Origin: an uncultured Candidatus Saccharibacteria bacterium | GTDB taxonomy: Bacteria > Patescibacteriota > Saccharimonadia > Saccharimonadales > Saccharimonadaceae | Reading direction: 5' to 3' | DNA: 63,300 nt | NCBI GenBank assembly: GCA_964292495.1 | Contig: CAXYVX010000001.1 | Coordinates: 1 to 63,300 of the forward strand | Shown: one piece after another, positions 9,761-17,638 of the stretch | How positions within the stretch are numbered: position 1 is the first letter of the stretch | Layout: every line of letters starts with the position of its first letter | Program-made: the position numbers and the translations under genes | Notes under the pieces: model-generated | What the model was told of the DNA's origin: nothing | Databases searched by the model: none | Seen by the model: only the letters and a program-made list of their open reading frames with translations

Positions 9761-10192
9761 ATGAAAATCTTAAGATTCAATAAAAATAGTTTGCCATCGG
9801 GCGATGATAAAGCAATTGTCCGTATGGAGGCGATGACACCAGAAGAACAGATGAGACCGTCTGATTACCGTATACTGAGCGAATTTATGACGATGAAGCG
9901 AGTGAATGCGAGCTTTTTGAAACATTTTAAGGACGGTGAAATTGATGTTAATAATGAAGATATCCGGGATAATTTCATTGAACTTCTGGCTGAAAAAGTG
10001 CTGGTGGATATTGAACGTCAAAAATCGGAACATGAAGCTCAGATTGAAACTCTTGCGCAGCTGAGCGAGGCACATAAAAAACAATTTACAGATCATTTGG
10101 AAAAAGTAAAAACTAATTTAGCGGAACAAGAATCTATTGTCAGGTTGCTCAAAGAAAAACAGGAGGACTTCCATGTTGCACAAGAAAAATGA
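9761..10192 (+). CDS. hypothetical coiled-coil protein (143 aa)
   Basis: GGAGAGAA RBS 6 nt upstream. The C-terminal half has heptad-like E/K/Q-rich sequence. Confidence 0.6.
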   Translation: MKILRFNKNSLPSGDDKAIVRMEAMTPEEQMRPSDYRILSEFMTMKRVNASFLKHFKDGEIDVNNEDIRDNFIELLAEKVLVDIERQKSEHEAQIETLAQLSEAHKKQFTDHLEKVKTNLAEQESIVRLLKEKQEDFHVAQEK

Positions 10193-11048
10193 ACTCTATT
10201 ATTTAGAACAAGGTAGCCTTGTTTTCACTCTGAATTTACGGCTTAAGAAGCTGGAAATGAGTTGGAGAGCTATGCTTAGGCAATTTTTCGTTAACCCGCT
10301 TATACTCGGTTTAAATCTGGTGTTCATGGTGGTTGATGCGCTCAATTTCTGGAATCTTTATCATGCGGTGGCTAACGATAATATTTGGCTGGAAGCAGGT
10401 TTGGTTGTATTCTCTGTGATTTTGTTAGACTTTACAGGATTAATCTTGGGGCATGCATTAAAGAAGAAAAAACAAGGATATAAAGTAGAAGTTTTGCCCT
10501 TGATGATGGGATGTTTGGCTTTCGTTATTGCAATGTTTATCAATTTCACTTATCGATTTGTCTTTGCGAAAAAACTATTTCCACCAACGCTCTATACGAC
10601 TTACGTAAACAATCATCCACAGTTCCATGCACTTGATGCTTCGGGTTGGATAGCCTTGAATTATTCCTTGATTCCACTTGCTGTGCTATTTTTCACTTTC
10701 ATGCTGACTTATCTCTTTGCGAATCCGCTATTAGAAGAGTTGCGCCTTGAACGGGACAAATTGGAACTGATCAAAAGCGAGCGAAGTCAGTTTGAAGCAG
10801 TATTGAATTTTTATGCCAATGCGAGATATAAACAAAACCTGCAAGTTTATGATGATACGCAATACGCTTACGTGCGGGAATTTGTGAGGATACAAGCTGA
10901 AATATTCAGAAATGAGATTCGTGAAGAAATGAAACTAAAAATGAAGAGTCCGGAAAAAATTGGCTGGCTGTCGCGAAAGGTCATAGCCTTAAAAAACAAA
11001 ATTTTCGGCGAATCCAAGACCGAAAACAAAGAAAGTGTGAACCTATGA
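10173..11048 (+). CDS. 4-TM membrane protein with a ~95-aa C-terminal coiled coil
   Basis: AGGAGGA at 10161-10167, then ATG at 10173 (the track start 10137 is less likely). Four hydrophobic helices, then an ELRLERDKLELIKSERSQFEAV.. tail. Overlaps neighbours on both sides, as in an operon. Confidence 0.65.
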   Translation: MLHKKNELYYLEQGSLVFTLNLRLKKLEMSWRAMLRQFFVNPLILGLNLVFMVVDALNFWNLYHAVANDNIWLEAGLVVFSVILLDFTGLILGHALKKKKQGYKVEVLPLMMGCLAFVIAMFINFTYRFVFAKKLFPPTLYTTYVNNHPQFHALDASGWIALNYSLIPLAVLFFTFMLTYLFANPLLEELRLERDKLELIKSERSQFEAVLNFYANARYKQNLQVYDDTQYAYVREFVRIQAEIFRNEIREEMKLKMKSPEKIGWLSRKVIALKNKIFGESKTENKESVNL

Positions 11049-12268
11049 AAAATAAATTATTTATTGTTCTATCTCTTGTTCTGTGCTTGATTATTGTACT
11101 TGCGGGCTGCGAGAAAAAGTCAAAATCTAATGAGCGCACAGACGTGGTTTTATTGGTTGGAAATCATGGAAACAGCACTATACCGAGTCTTAATTTCCAA
11201 ACCTTCAAAGATGAAATGCAGGCTGCAATCAGCTCAGGAGGCACAGTTTCTGCGGTGCTTGATGATGGTAACCCGTTCACTCAAACATTCAACGATGGAC
11301 AATCTTATACTGCCGAGCTGGAACAATATAAAAACGATCCGAATCAGCAAAAAATGTTAGTGGAGAATATCGTGGATGAAATCTTGAAAAGTGCAGGGAA
11401 TATGAAAGCAAAAAGTCCTGAAGTTGATATGTTGATGTCACTTAGAAAGAGTGCTGAGATACTTAAATCACAATCAAAAAGTTCACAAAAAGTTATTTTG
11501 GTGGACGACACGGGGCTTTCAACGACTGGTGTATTGAATTTCAGAAACAACTTATTGTCGCTGAACCCAGAAAAAATTGTAGAGGAACTAAAAGCAAAAC
11601 AGGACATCCCGGATCTTTCGGGGATTACAGTGAAGTGGATACAAGAGGCGGTCGTCAGCCCACAACAAGCTCTGTCGCAAAAAGATAACAATCGGTTGAT
11701 TGCAATTTGGCGGATGATTATTGAAGCGGGCGGTGGAAAATTAGAAGTTGAATTATCCACTCAAACTGGGAATGTTCGTGAGAAGTTCAAAACTTTGCCC
11801 AATGTTTCATCTGTTGATGTTGGGGCAGACACGCCGATCAATTATGACCCGAAAGCTGAGATATCTTTTGTACAGCCCTTGGTGTTGAATGACAAGCAAC
11901 TGAACTTTCAAGCAGATTCAGCGGCCTATATTTCAGGGAAATCCGCGCTGCTACTGCTTGAACCAATTGCTAAATATCTGAAACTGCATCAGAACTTCAA
12001 GCTCCTGCTCGTCGGGACAACTGCTGGAGACACTGGTCAGGTAGATGAAAATCAGGCACAAGCTTTATCGCTGGCGAGAGCGAACGCAGTTAAAAATTCC
12101 TTGGTTAAGCTCGGAACCAAGCCACAAAACATTGCGACAGTGGGTTGTGGCATCCGTTCACCTTGGCATATTTCTGGGCTTGGTTTGACGGATATAGCAG
12201 CGGCCAAAAACCGAACTGTGGTTATGATTGATGCCAGTTCAGGAGTTGCTAAAAATATCACAAAATAA
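11045..12268 (+). CDS. lipoprotein with a vWA-like N-domain and a C-terminal OmpA/MotB-type peptidoglycan-binding domain
   Basis: Lipobox LVLCLIIVLAGC. vWA-like strands VVLLVGNHGNS / KVILVDDTGLSTTG. OmpA_C-like FQADSAAY..LLLVGTTAGDTG..NQAQALSLARANAVKNSLVKLG..NRTVVMI. Confidence 0.7.
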   Translation: MKNKLFIVLSLVLCLIIVLAGCEKKSKSNERTDVVLLVGNHGNSTIPSLNFQTFKDEMQAAISSGGTVSAVLDDGNPFTQTFNDGQSYTAELEQYKNDPNQQKMLVENIVDEILKSAGNMKAKSPEVDMLMSLRKSAEILKSQSKSSQKVILVDDTGLSTTGVLNFRNNLLSLNPEKIVEELKAKQDIPDLSGITVKWIQEAVVSPQQALSQKDNNRLIAIWRMIIEAGGGKLEVELSTQTGNVREKFKTLPNVSSVDVGADTPINYDPKAEISFVQPLVLNDKQLNFQADSAAYISGKSALLLLEPIAKYLKLHQNFKLLLVGTTAGDTGQVDENQAQALSLARANAVKNSLVKLGTKPQNIATVGCGIRSPWHISGLGLTDIAAAKNRTVVMIDASSGVAKNITK

Positions 12269-12288
12269 AAAAGAAAGCAGGAAAGAAA

Positions 12289-12519
12289 ATGGAAACAGAA
12301 GAAACGATCGCTGAACGGCTTGAATATTTGGAAGACTGTATGGAAGAGGTTTGGGAACAAAGTGGGCGTCAAAAAGCTATTTTTCAGATGCTCGAAGAAC
12401 TCTGCGAAACGCTTGGTGTGCCGCTGAACAAATGGGCGGAGTTGGAGAAAAAAGAGATTGATGAGTTGCGCGAACAGCAGGAACAAAACGAACGGGAGCT
12501 GCGAGGAGAGGAGGAATAG
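12289..12519 (+). CDS. small acidic coiled-coil protein (76 aa)
   Basis: AGGAAAGAAA upstream. E-rich helical sequence. Last gene of the plus-strand operon. Confidence 0.5.
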   Translation: METEETIAERLEYLEDCMEEVWEQSGRQKAIFQMLEELCETLGVPLNKWAELEKKEIDELREQQEQNERELRGEEE

Positions 12520-12678
12520 ACGATGATTTCTAATGTTAGAGTGTATTTTCCGCCTTGAGAAGGTGAAAAAAAGAGCCGTTTTACGACTCTATGAAAGGTG
12601 CGAAAAGTACCACGGAGAACGTTGACGAGAGGTATTGTAGACTATGTCGGTCTTTTCCCTTATCATCTTAACAGCTTC

Positions 12679-12819
12679 CTAGGAGGTGCGCGGTCTGTTT
12701 TCCGATAACATTTCTTCTTTAACTAAATGTTTAATCTCCTGCTTCATTTGTTCAGGACAGATGTATAACTCGAACATCACACTAGTTATACGCTTAGGAT
12801 CTCTAGATGATTTTCTCAT
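12679..12819 (-). CDS. small basic protein, possibly ribbon-helix-helix-like (46 aa)
   Basis: TAGGAG RBS 7 nt before ATG 12819 (the track ORF starts at 12897). KRITSVMFELYICPEQMKQEIKHLV resembles a beta-strand + helix RHH layout. This is weak. Confidence 0.3.
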   Translation of the reverse strand: MRKSSRDPKRITSVMFELYICPEQMKQEIKHLVKEEMLSENRPRTS

Positions 12820-12908
12820 ATTAAAACTCCTATACTTTTTGGATTTCATTCGGACGAATGATACAAGAAAACAGCATTCGTTTTCAATACGAGACATTAT
12901 AGCACGGC

Positions 12909-13193
12909 TTAATATCGCGTATCTATATCCTTTATTGCCTTGGTTAGGAGTGCCTTTCGATTTTCCATGGGTAAATTGTGGCTAATCTGCTTTATGTCCC
13001 GAACAGCATTTTTTACAGCACGCTCTTTTCTAAAGTTATAAAAGGAACTTGCGATAGCGGCATTGTTTACAGAGATATAGTCGCTATCAATACTGGTTGT
13101 GCGATATAATTTTGCAGATTTAGGGGCAGTTCTCTTAGAATAAGTGCTATTGACAATGTTAGCGTGAAGATTGTTCTTTTGAGTATTTGACAT
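12909..13193 (-). CDS. small basic hypothetical protein (94 aa)
   Basis: GAAAGGAT RBS before ATG 13193 (MSNTQKNN..). The track start 13298 would overlap the upstream gene. Confidence 0.45.
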   Translation of the reverse strand: MSNTQKNNLHANIVNSTYSKRTAPKSAKLYRTTSIDSDYISVNNAAIASSFYNFRKERAVKNAVRDIKQISHNLPMENRKALLTKAIKDIDTRY

Positions 13194-13239
13194 GATATAT
13201 ATCCTTTCAAGTGTGACTTTTGGCTTAGTATAAATGAAA

Positions 13240-14421
13240 TTATCGAGTATAGCAATCCCGTAACATTTCAAGAAAATCAAATTCCTTGGACAACTCATCA
13301 GCGGGTTTCAGAATATCACTGCCTTTTTCCAGATTTCTTCTCATTTCCGATAAATAATAGCCGATAGCTTCAGAGTATCCCACCAGATTGGGTAAGACAA
13401 ATTTTGAAAGTATATGATCGCTAAAAATATAAGTGTCAATATAAACATTTAAGAAACCAAATAGAACATATTGCCCATTGCGAGAATTTCTATCGGTTAA
13501 TGGGATTAATATATTGCCTTCACTAATATAGCTTCTCAAATTTACATTAAGTTCATCGATGTAGTAAATTTGCTTCATTCTATCGGTGAAATGGTGTACT
13601 TTGTATTTTTCAACTTTACGGTGGCTTTGATCATCTACAAACGTATTATAGTAAAAAATCCCATAGCCTTGAGATCGAAAATTATCCGCCAAACTCTGCC
13701 CAAAATCAGTATTCTTACTGTATTTATCATCAGATAGTATCAGTTGCAAAGCAGACACTTCAAAATCCTCAGTCAATAACTGAAGCTTAATTGTGGGATG
13801 AACACCAGTAGAGTTATAGATACTTAAATCTATGTCATTAAATATAGATCCATAAAAGTGTTTACTTGTTATTGATGAGTTTTTTTGAAGAGTAAATAAC
13901 AGGTTATCTACCAAACTTTGAAATTCTTCGTTATTTTCTTGTGTGTTCTTTAACTTTATACGATTTTCATAAAGTATTTCTGGAATAACCAATGAGATGA
14001 CATTGATAAGTGTCATCCACCGACCAAACAATTTGGTCTGTTCCGCTAACTCTATGAAAGAATGTCTGGAATATTTTTGCAATGAATCTGGTGATTTTTG
14101 TGCGATTGACCTATAAAAATAATAACGATAAGTGATTATGCCTATAAATAGTGAAATAAAAAAAATAAAGGGATTCGCTATAATCACTAAATAAAGGTGC
14201 TCATTCCCATATGAGAAAAGCTTCCTTGAATAAAACCCGAGAGAAGGGCTAATATTGTCAGTTGTTAAAACAGGCGTAAACACTGATAGGGTAAATATAA
14301 CACTGTAAGTCCAACCGAATAGTTTGTTAGCCTTTGAGATTCCTATTTTATATGATTGAAACATCCATCTAAGCCATTGCCAAATATCAAGGATGTTTAA
14401 CCTTTTTACTGATTTATTCAA
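13240..14421 (-). CDS. membrane protein: 3 N-terminal TM helices + ~230-aa cytoplasmic domain, function unknown
   Basis: 393 aa. GGAGG RBS 7 nt before the TTG start at 14421. AT-rich codon usage like the rest of the island. Confidence 0.65.
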   Translation of the reverse strand: MNKSVKRLNILDIWQWLRWMFQSYKIGISKANKLFGWTYSVIFTLSVFTPVLTTDNISPSLGFYSRKLFSYGNEHLYLVIIANPFIFFISLFIGIITYRYYFYRSIAQKSPDSLQKYSRHSFIELAEQTKLFGRWMTLINVISLVIPEILYENRIKLKNTQENNEEFQSLVDNLLFTLQKNSSITSKHFYGSIFNDIDLSIYNSTGVHPTIKLQLLTEDFEVSALQLILSDDKYSKNTDFGQSLADNFRSQGYGIFYYNTFVDDQSHRKVEKYKVHHFTDRMKQIYYIDELNVNLRSYISEGNILIPLTDRNSRNGQYVLFGFLNVYIDTYIFSDHILSKFVLPNLVGYSEAIGYYLSEMRRNLEKGSDILKPADELSKEFDFLEMLRDCYTR

Positions 14422-14682
14422 TTATATACCTCCAAATAAACGCTCAATATATACGATTATCATATAAGCAAGCAAATAACAATCAATCACGGTTAAAACT
14501 AGTTTTTCCAATAAACATAGTAGAGCGGACAAGAAATCCGCTCTTTTTGTTATCTCTAGTATCTGAATTTAATATTGAGTATATATTGTTGTGATACACT
14601 ATGGTTGATAGAGATTCTCTGTCAATTCCTAAATAAATAAAGGAGGATGTATGATAATGGCTAAAGAAAAAATAAAGGAGAT

Positions 14683-14877
14683 GTGGAAATAAGAAGTTAT
14701 GTTAACAAAGATGGGTCAACGACCCATGAACATAAAATTGGCGACATAACTTATATTATTAGCTCAAATTTTATACCGACAGAACAAAATAAGAAAGCGC
14801 TTATCAAAACGATTCAGCATATAATGAAAAACGCTAAATTATCAGATGCGGAAAAATTTATGGATGACGATTTTTAA
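14683..14877 (+). CDS. TnpW-like small transposon-associated protein (start probably frameshifted)
   Basis: HKIGDITYIISSNF....KKALIKTIQHIMKN fits my recollection of the TnpW pattern IG.T.Y.V...F......K......I. A strong AGGAGGA RBS serves ATG 14651/14657, which is out of frame by one nt at an A-run. Confidence 0.4.
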   Translation: MEIRSYVNKDGSTTHEHKIGDITYIISSNFIPTEQNKKALIKTIQHIMKNAKLSDAEKFMDDDF

Positions 14878-14986
14878 CTGAATGTTAGTCTGGTGATTCA
14901 GACAAAATAGAAGTAAATAAAATAATTGAGAGTGTATTGCTACGTACCTTTAAGTATAATACTTTGAGAATTTGAATCATCAGATT

Positions 14987-15022
14987 AAAGACAAAGCTCA
15001 ATAATATAGCTTTGTCTTTTTT
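14987..15022 (+). terminator. rho-independent terminator at the right island edge
   Basis: 11-bp stem AAAGACAAAGC/GCTTTGTCTTT, 11-nt loop, T-run. Confidence 0.8.
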
Positions 15023-15070
15023 ATTCTTTTTCACCACACCCTCTTGCATTTCCATCCCGCCTATGATTAA

Positions 15071-15598
15071 ATTAACATCTCCGTGCAGGCTGGAGATATT
15101 GTGAAAGTAACGGAAAGTAATGGTGATAATACATTCCGAGGTTGGCGTGCATATGGCGACGACCCACTAGTCAAGGAACCGAAAACAGCGATAATATCTA
15201 TGCCTGAAATGAATAGGTTTACCACAGACACGGCGGGAACAACAGCAAAGGGCGACTTCTTCTACAGTTTTAATCACGCTGGCTCACTCACCTCGCTCCC
15301 AGCTGGATCATTTGACACCAGCAACATTACGACAGTAGGAAACAATTTCTTCGCAAACTTCAACCTCAACGGCGCCCTTACCTCTCTCCCAGCAGGGTCA
15401 TTCAATACCAGCAACATTACTTCGGTAGGAAACTATTTCTTTGATAATTTCAACTACAATGGTAAACTAATCCAGGGAAACAATTCAATAAGCATTAAGA
15501 ATATAACAAGTTCAGTAATGGCGTTTTATTACTGGACGGGCTCATCAACGACTCAATCCGTAGCACCGGGCGACTCCATGACCTACAACGGAGACTAA
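15071..15598 (+). pseudogene. 5'-truncated paralog of the 28317 LRR surface protein
   Basis: The frame opens at 15071 with no signal peptide. It aligns with residues ~80-330 of the 28317 protein (MPEMNRFTTDTAGTTAKGDFF.., GSLTSLPAGSFDTSNITTVGNNFF x2). Confidence 0.6.
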
Positions 15599-15608
15599 AA
15601 TAAATCAA

Positions 15609-15637
15609 ATTCTCCTCGCGAAATCGGGGAGAATTTT
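15609..15637. terminator. hairpin terminator between convergent genes
   Basis: 10-bp stem ATTCTCCTCG/CGGGGAGAAT (one G-U) around CGAAAT, then TTT. Confidence 0.6.
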
Positions 15638-15649
15638 ATATAAAAGACT

Positions 15650-17458
15650 CTATTTTTCGCGAATATTTAAGTGTCCGTAAAAGATTTTCTTCAAATATTT
15701 TAAGACCGGGTCAACTTCAGCTAGTTTGAACATTCGCGAAAACCCGATGTAAATCACGAACGACAACAACGAAATAACCGCGAATTTTGGCAGAACCATC
15801 ATCAGATTTTGATTCTCAAATTCAAGGTTTAGGAAAGTTGACATCGCGTATGTTGCAATACTCATTACCCCTGCCGCAATAAACATTTTCAAGACTCCGG
15901 ACCAAAATTCGCGATTGAAAATGCCGGTCATTCGCCTGTGGATGATGAACCACTGGCAGACAATTTCCATGACGGCCCACAAAACTTGCGCGATTGCGAG
16001 GGAAATTGCGCCAAGATTCAGCACAAAAACCATGAAAAAGTTTGCCGCGATTGAGATCGCGAAGGTGACCAGTGAGATTATCAGAGGTGTTTTTGTGTCT
16101 TGCTGTGCGTAAAAACTGCGCGCGGCAATTTGGTAGACTGAACGAATAAATATTGCGATCGTGAGAATCCCAAACAGCCCGGCGATGGTTGAGTTGCCGC
16201 CTTTTTGGATGATGCTGACGATATATCCTCGCGCGAAAAATGCGATTGTCGCGACCGGCAAGGAAAGCCAGATGATTACTCTGAGGATTGAGCGGAATTC
16301 CTTTTTGAACAAATCCGGGCGTCCTTGACCGATGCGTTCTGTCATCTGTGGGAAGGCTGCTGTGGAAATCGCCACGCCGATGAGGTTAATTGGCATGTTG
16401 TAAAGTGATCCGGCTTGCTGATATGCGCGGATTGTGCCGTCCGCCATTCGCGAAGCAAGGTTGGTGTCAATCATGCTGCTGAGATAGTCAAGCCCTTGAT
16501 CCGCCGAACGAGCAGGGAGCAGCGCGAGAACTTTGCGAAAACCGCGGTTTTTCCAGTAGATTTTGAATTCATAATCAAACCCGAGCCCAATCAGCCCAAG
16601 GCAAGAAACCAGAAGCTGCAAAACCGCGCCAAGAACCACGCCGAGCGCCACACCCATAATTCCGCCGGCGAAAATCTGGTGCCCGAAAATCGTGATTCCG
16701 TTTGTGAAGACGGTCGCGCCGATGATGATACCGATGTTGTAAATCATTGGTGCGAGCGCGAAGAAAACGAAGCGCCCGACAGCTTGCTGGATACTCGCAA
16801 TCACTGTCGCAACTGCGAAGAGGAACGGGTTGATTGCGATGATTCGCATCATTGATGTGGCGAGAGCTTGTCCGCTTTCGCTCATGCCTGGACCGACTAT
16901 GTATTTAACAAAAACCGGCGCGAAAATCATGATTAAAACAGACGCAATCAATGTCAAAAGCGCCAAAAAGTTCAAAGTTGAGCTGGACAATTGCCATGCG
17001 CTTTTTCGGTTTCCTTTCGCGAGACGATCATTGAAAACAGGGATAAATGAGACTGAAAGTGCGCCAGTAACCAAAATCATATACATAAAATCCGGGATTA
17101 TAAATGCGGCAGTGTACGCGTCAATGCCGATTTTATATGTGGTTAAATACATTCCGTTCAGCAATCTGTCGCGATAAATTCCGAGAACTGCCGACATCAT
17201 GGTCGATCCAGCCAAAAGCGCGGCTGCCATTTTGATTGAAATTTTCTGGTTTGCTTTTGCGAGAGTTGTAATAAGTTTGTTTTGCGCACGCTTCTTTTTC
17301 GCGATTTCAGCCTGATGAATTTCAAAAGCGTGGTGCTTTTCAAGCCGGATATTGCGATCTGTGTAGTCCGCCAAAAGATCTCCTGCTTCAGAATTGAGAA
17401 CTATATTTTTATTAGCATCGTTTTCTTGCTTGGGTGATTCGCTTTGATCGTCTTTCAT
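15650..17458 (-). CDS. murJ: lipid II flippase MurJ (MviN family) with an N-terminal extension
   Basis: 602 aa with about 14 TM. SAVLGIYRDRLL matches the MurJ N-terminal S.(V/L)LG..R motif. Polytopic MOP-superfamily layout. Confidence 0.8.
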   Translation of the reverse strand: MKDDQSESPKQENDANKNIVLNSEAGDLLADYTDRNIRLEKHHAFEIHQAEIAKKKRAQNKLITTLAKANQKISIKMAAALLAGSTMMSAVLGIYRDRLLNGMYLTTYKIGIDAYTAAFIIPDFMYMILVTGALSVSFIPVFNDRLAKGNRKSAWQLSSSTLNFLALLTLIASVLIMIFAPVFVKYIVGPGMSESGQALATSMMRIIAINPFLFAVATVIASIQQAVGRFVFFALAPMIYNIGIIIGATVFTNGITIFGHQIFAGGIMGVALGVVLGAVLQLLVSCLGLIGLGFDYEFKIYWKNRGFRKVLALLPARSADQGLDYLSSMIDTNLASRMADGTIRAYQQAGSLYNMPINLIGVAISTAAFPQMTERIGQGRPDLFKKEFRSILRVIIWLSLPVATIAFFARGYIVSIIQKGGNSTIAGLFGILTIAIFIRSVYQIAARSFYAQQDTKTPLIISLVTFAISIAANFFMVFVLNLGAISLAIAQVLWAVMEIVCQWFIIHRRMTGIFNREFWSGVLKMFIAAGVMSIATYAMSTFLNLEFENQNLMMVLPKFAVISLLSFVIYIGFSRMFKLAEVDPVLKYLKKIFYGHLNIREK

Positions 17459-17623
17459 TATGAATAGTTTAACATACTTTCGTAAAAACGTGTTTTTTGA
17501 AAACGTAAATTTCTCTCTGTAAATCGATTTGAGAAATTAAAAATTGGTTTTTCGCGAATTTTCGTTTTTATTTTTCACTAAAAAACTGTCTGAAATTTTA
17601 ATCTTTCAAAAATGGCTGGATAA

Positions 17624-17632
17624 TGTTAGAAT
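17624..17632 (+). promoter_or_regulatory. extended -10 TGtTAGAAT 6 nt before the lepA GTG (leaderless)
   Basis: TGTTAGAAT at 17624-17632, then ATACTG, then GTG at 17639. Confidence 0.5.
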
Positions 17633-17638
17633 ATACTG

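Larger units (their letters stand above)
8056..15070. mobile_element. AT-rich foreign island (MGE remnant, or an assembly/splice artefact) lacking the backbone palindrome signature
   Basis: Abrupt composition change at both edges, and both flanking surface-protein genes are truncated. I read 0 TTCGCGAA and only 2 TCGCGA (9004, 10971) in 7 kb. Genes are SD-led, and one is TnpW-like. No integrase or flanking direct repeats found. Confidence 0.55.

Noticed and set aside
12686-12985. A 99-aa plus-strand ORF starting right after an AGGAGG
   Set aside because: The GTG directly abuts the SD-like sequence with no spacer. The translation is Cys/Leu/Ile-rich and looks non-protein-like. The ORF is antisense to better-supported small minus-strand ORFs that have proper RBS spacing.
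14522-14548. A plus-strand terminator hairpin (AGAGCGGA-N7-TCCGCTCT + TTTTT) with no plus-strand gene upstream
   Set aside because: The structure is real, but there is nothing for it to terminate. It is probably a relic of a lost gene or an insulator, and I could not support a function.
8000-15100. Integrase, transposase, att direct repeats or a tRNA target for the AT-rich island
   Set aside because: I looked on both strands. No recombinase-like ORF exists and there is no obvious repeat at the two junctions. The element cannot be called an ICE, prophage or IS, only a foreign island or possible chimera.
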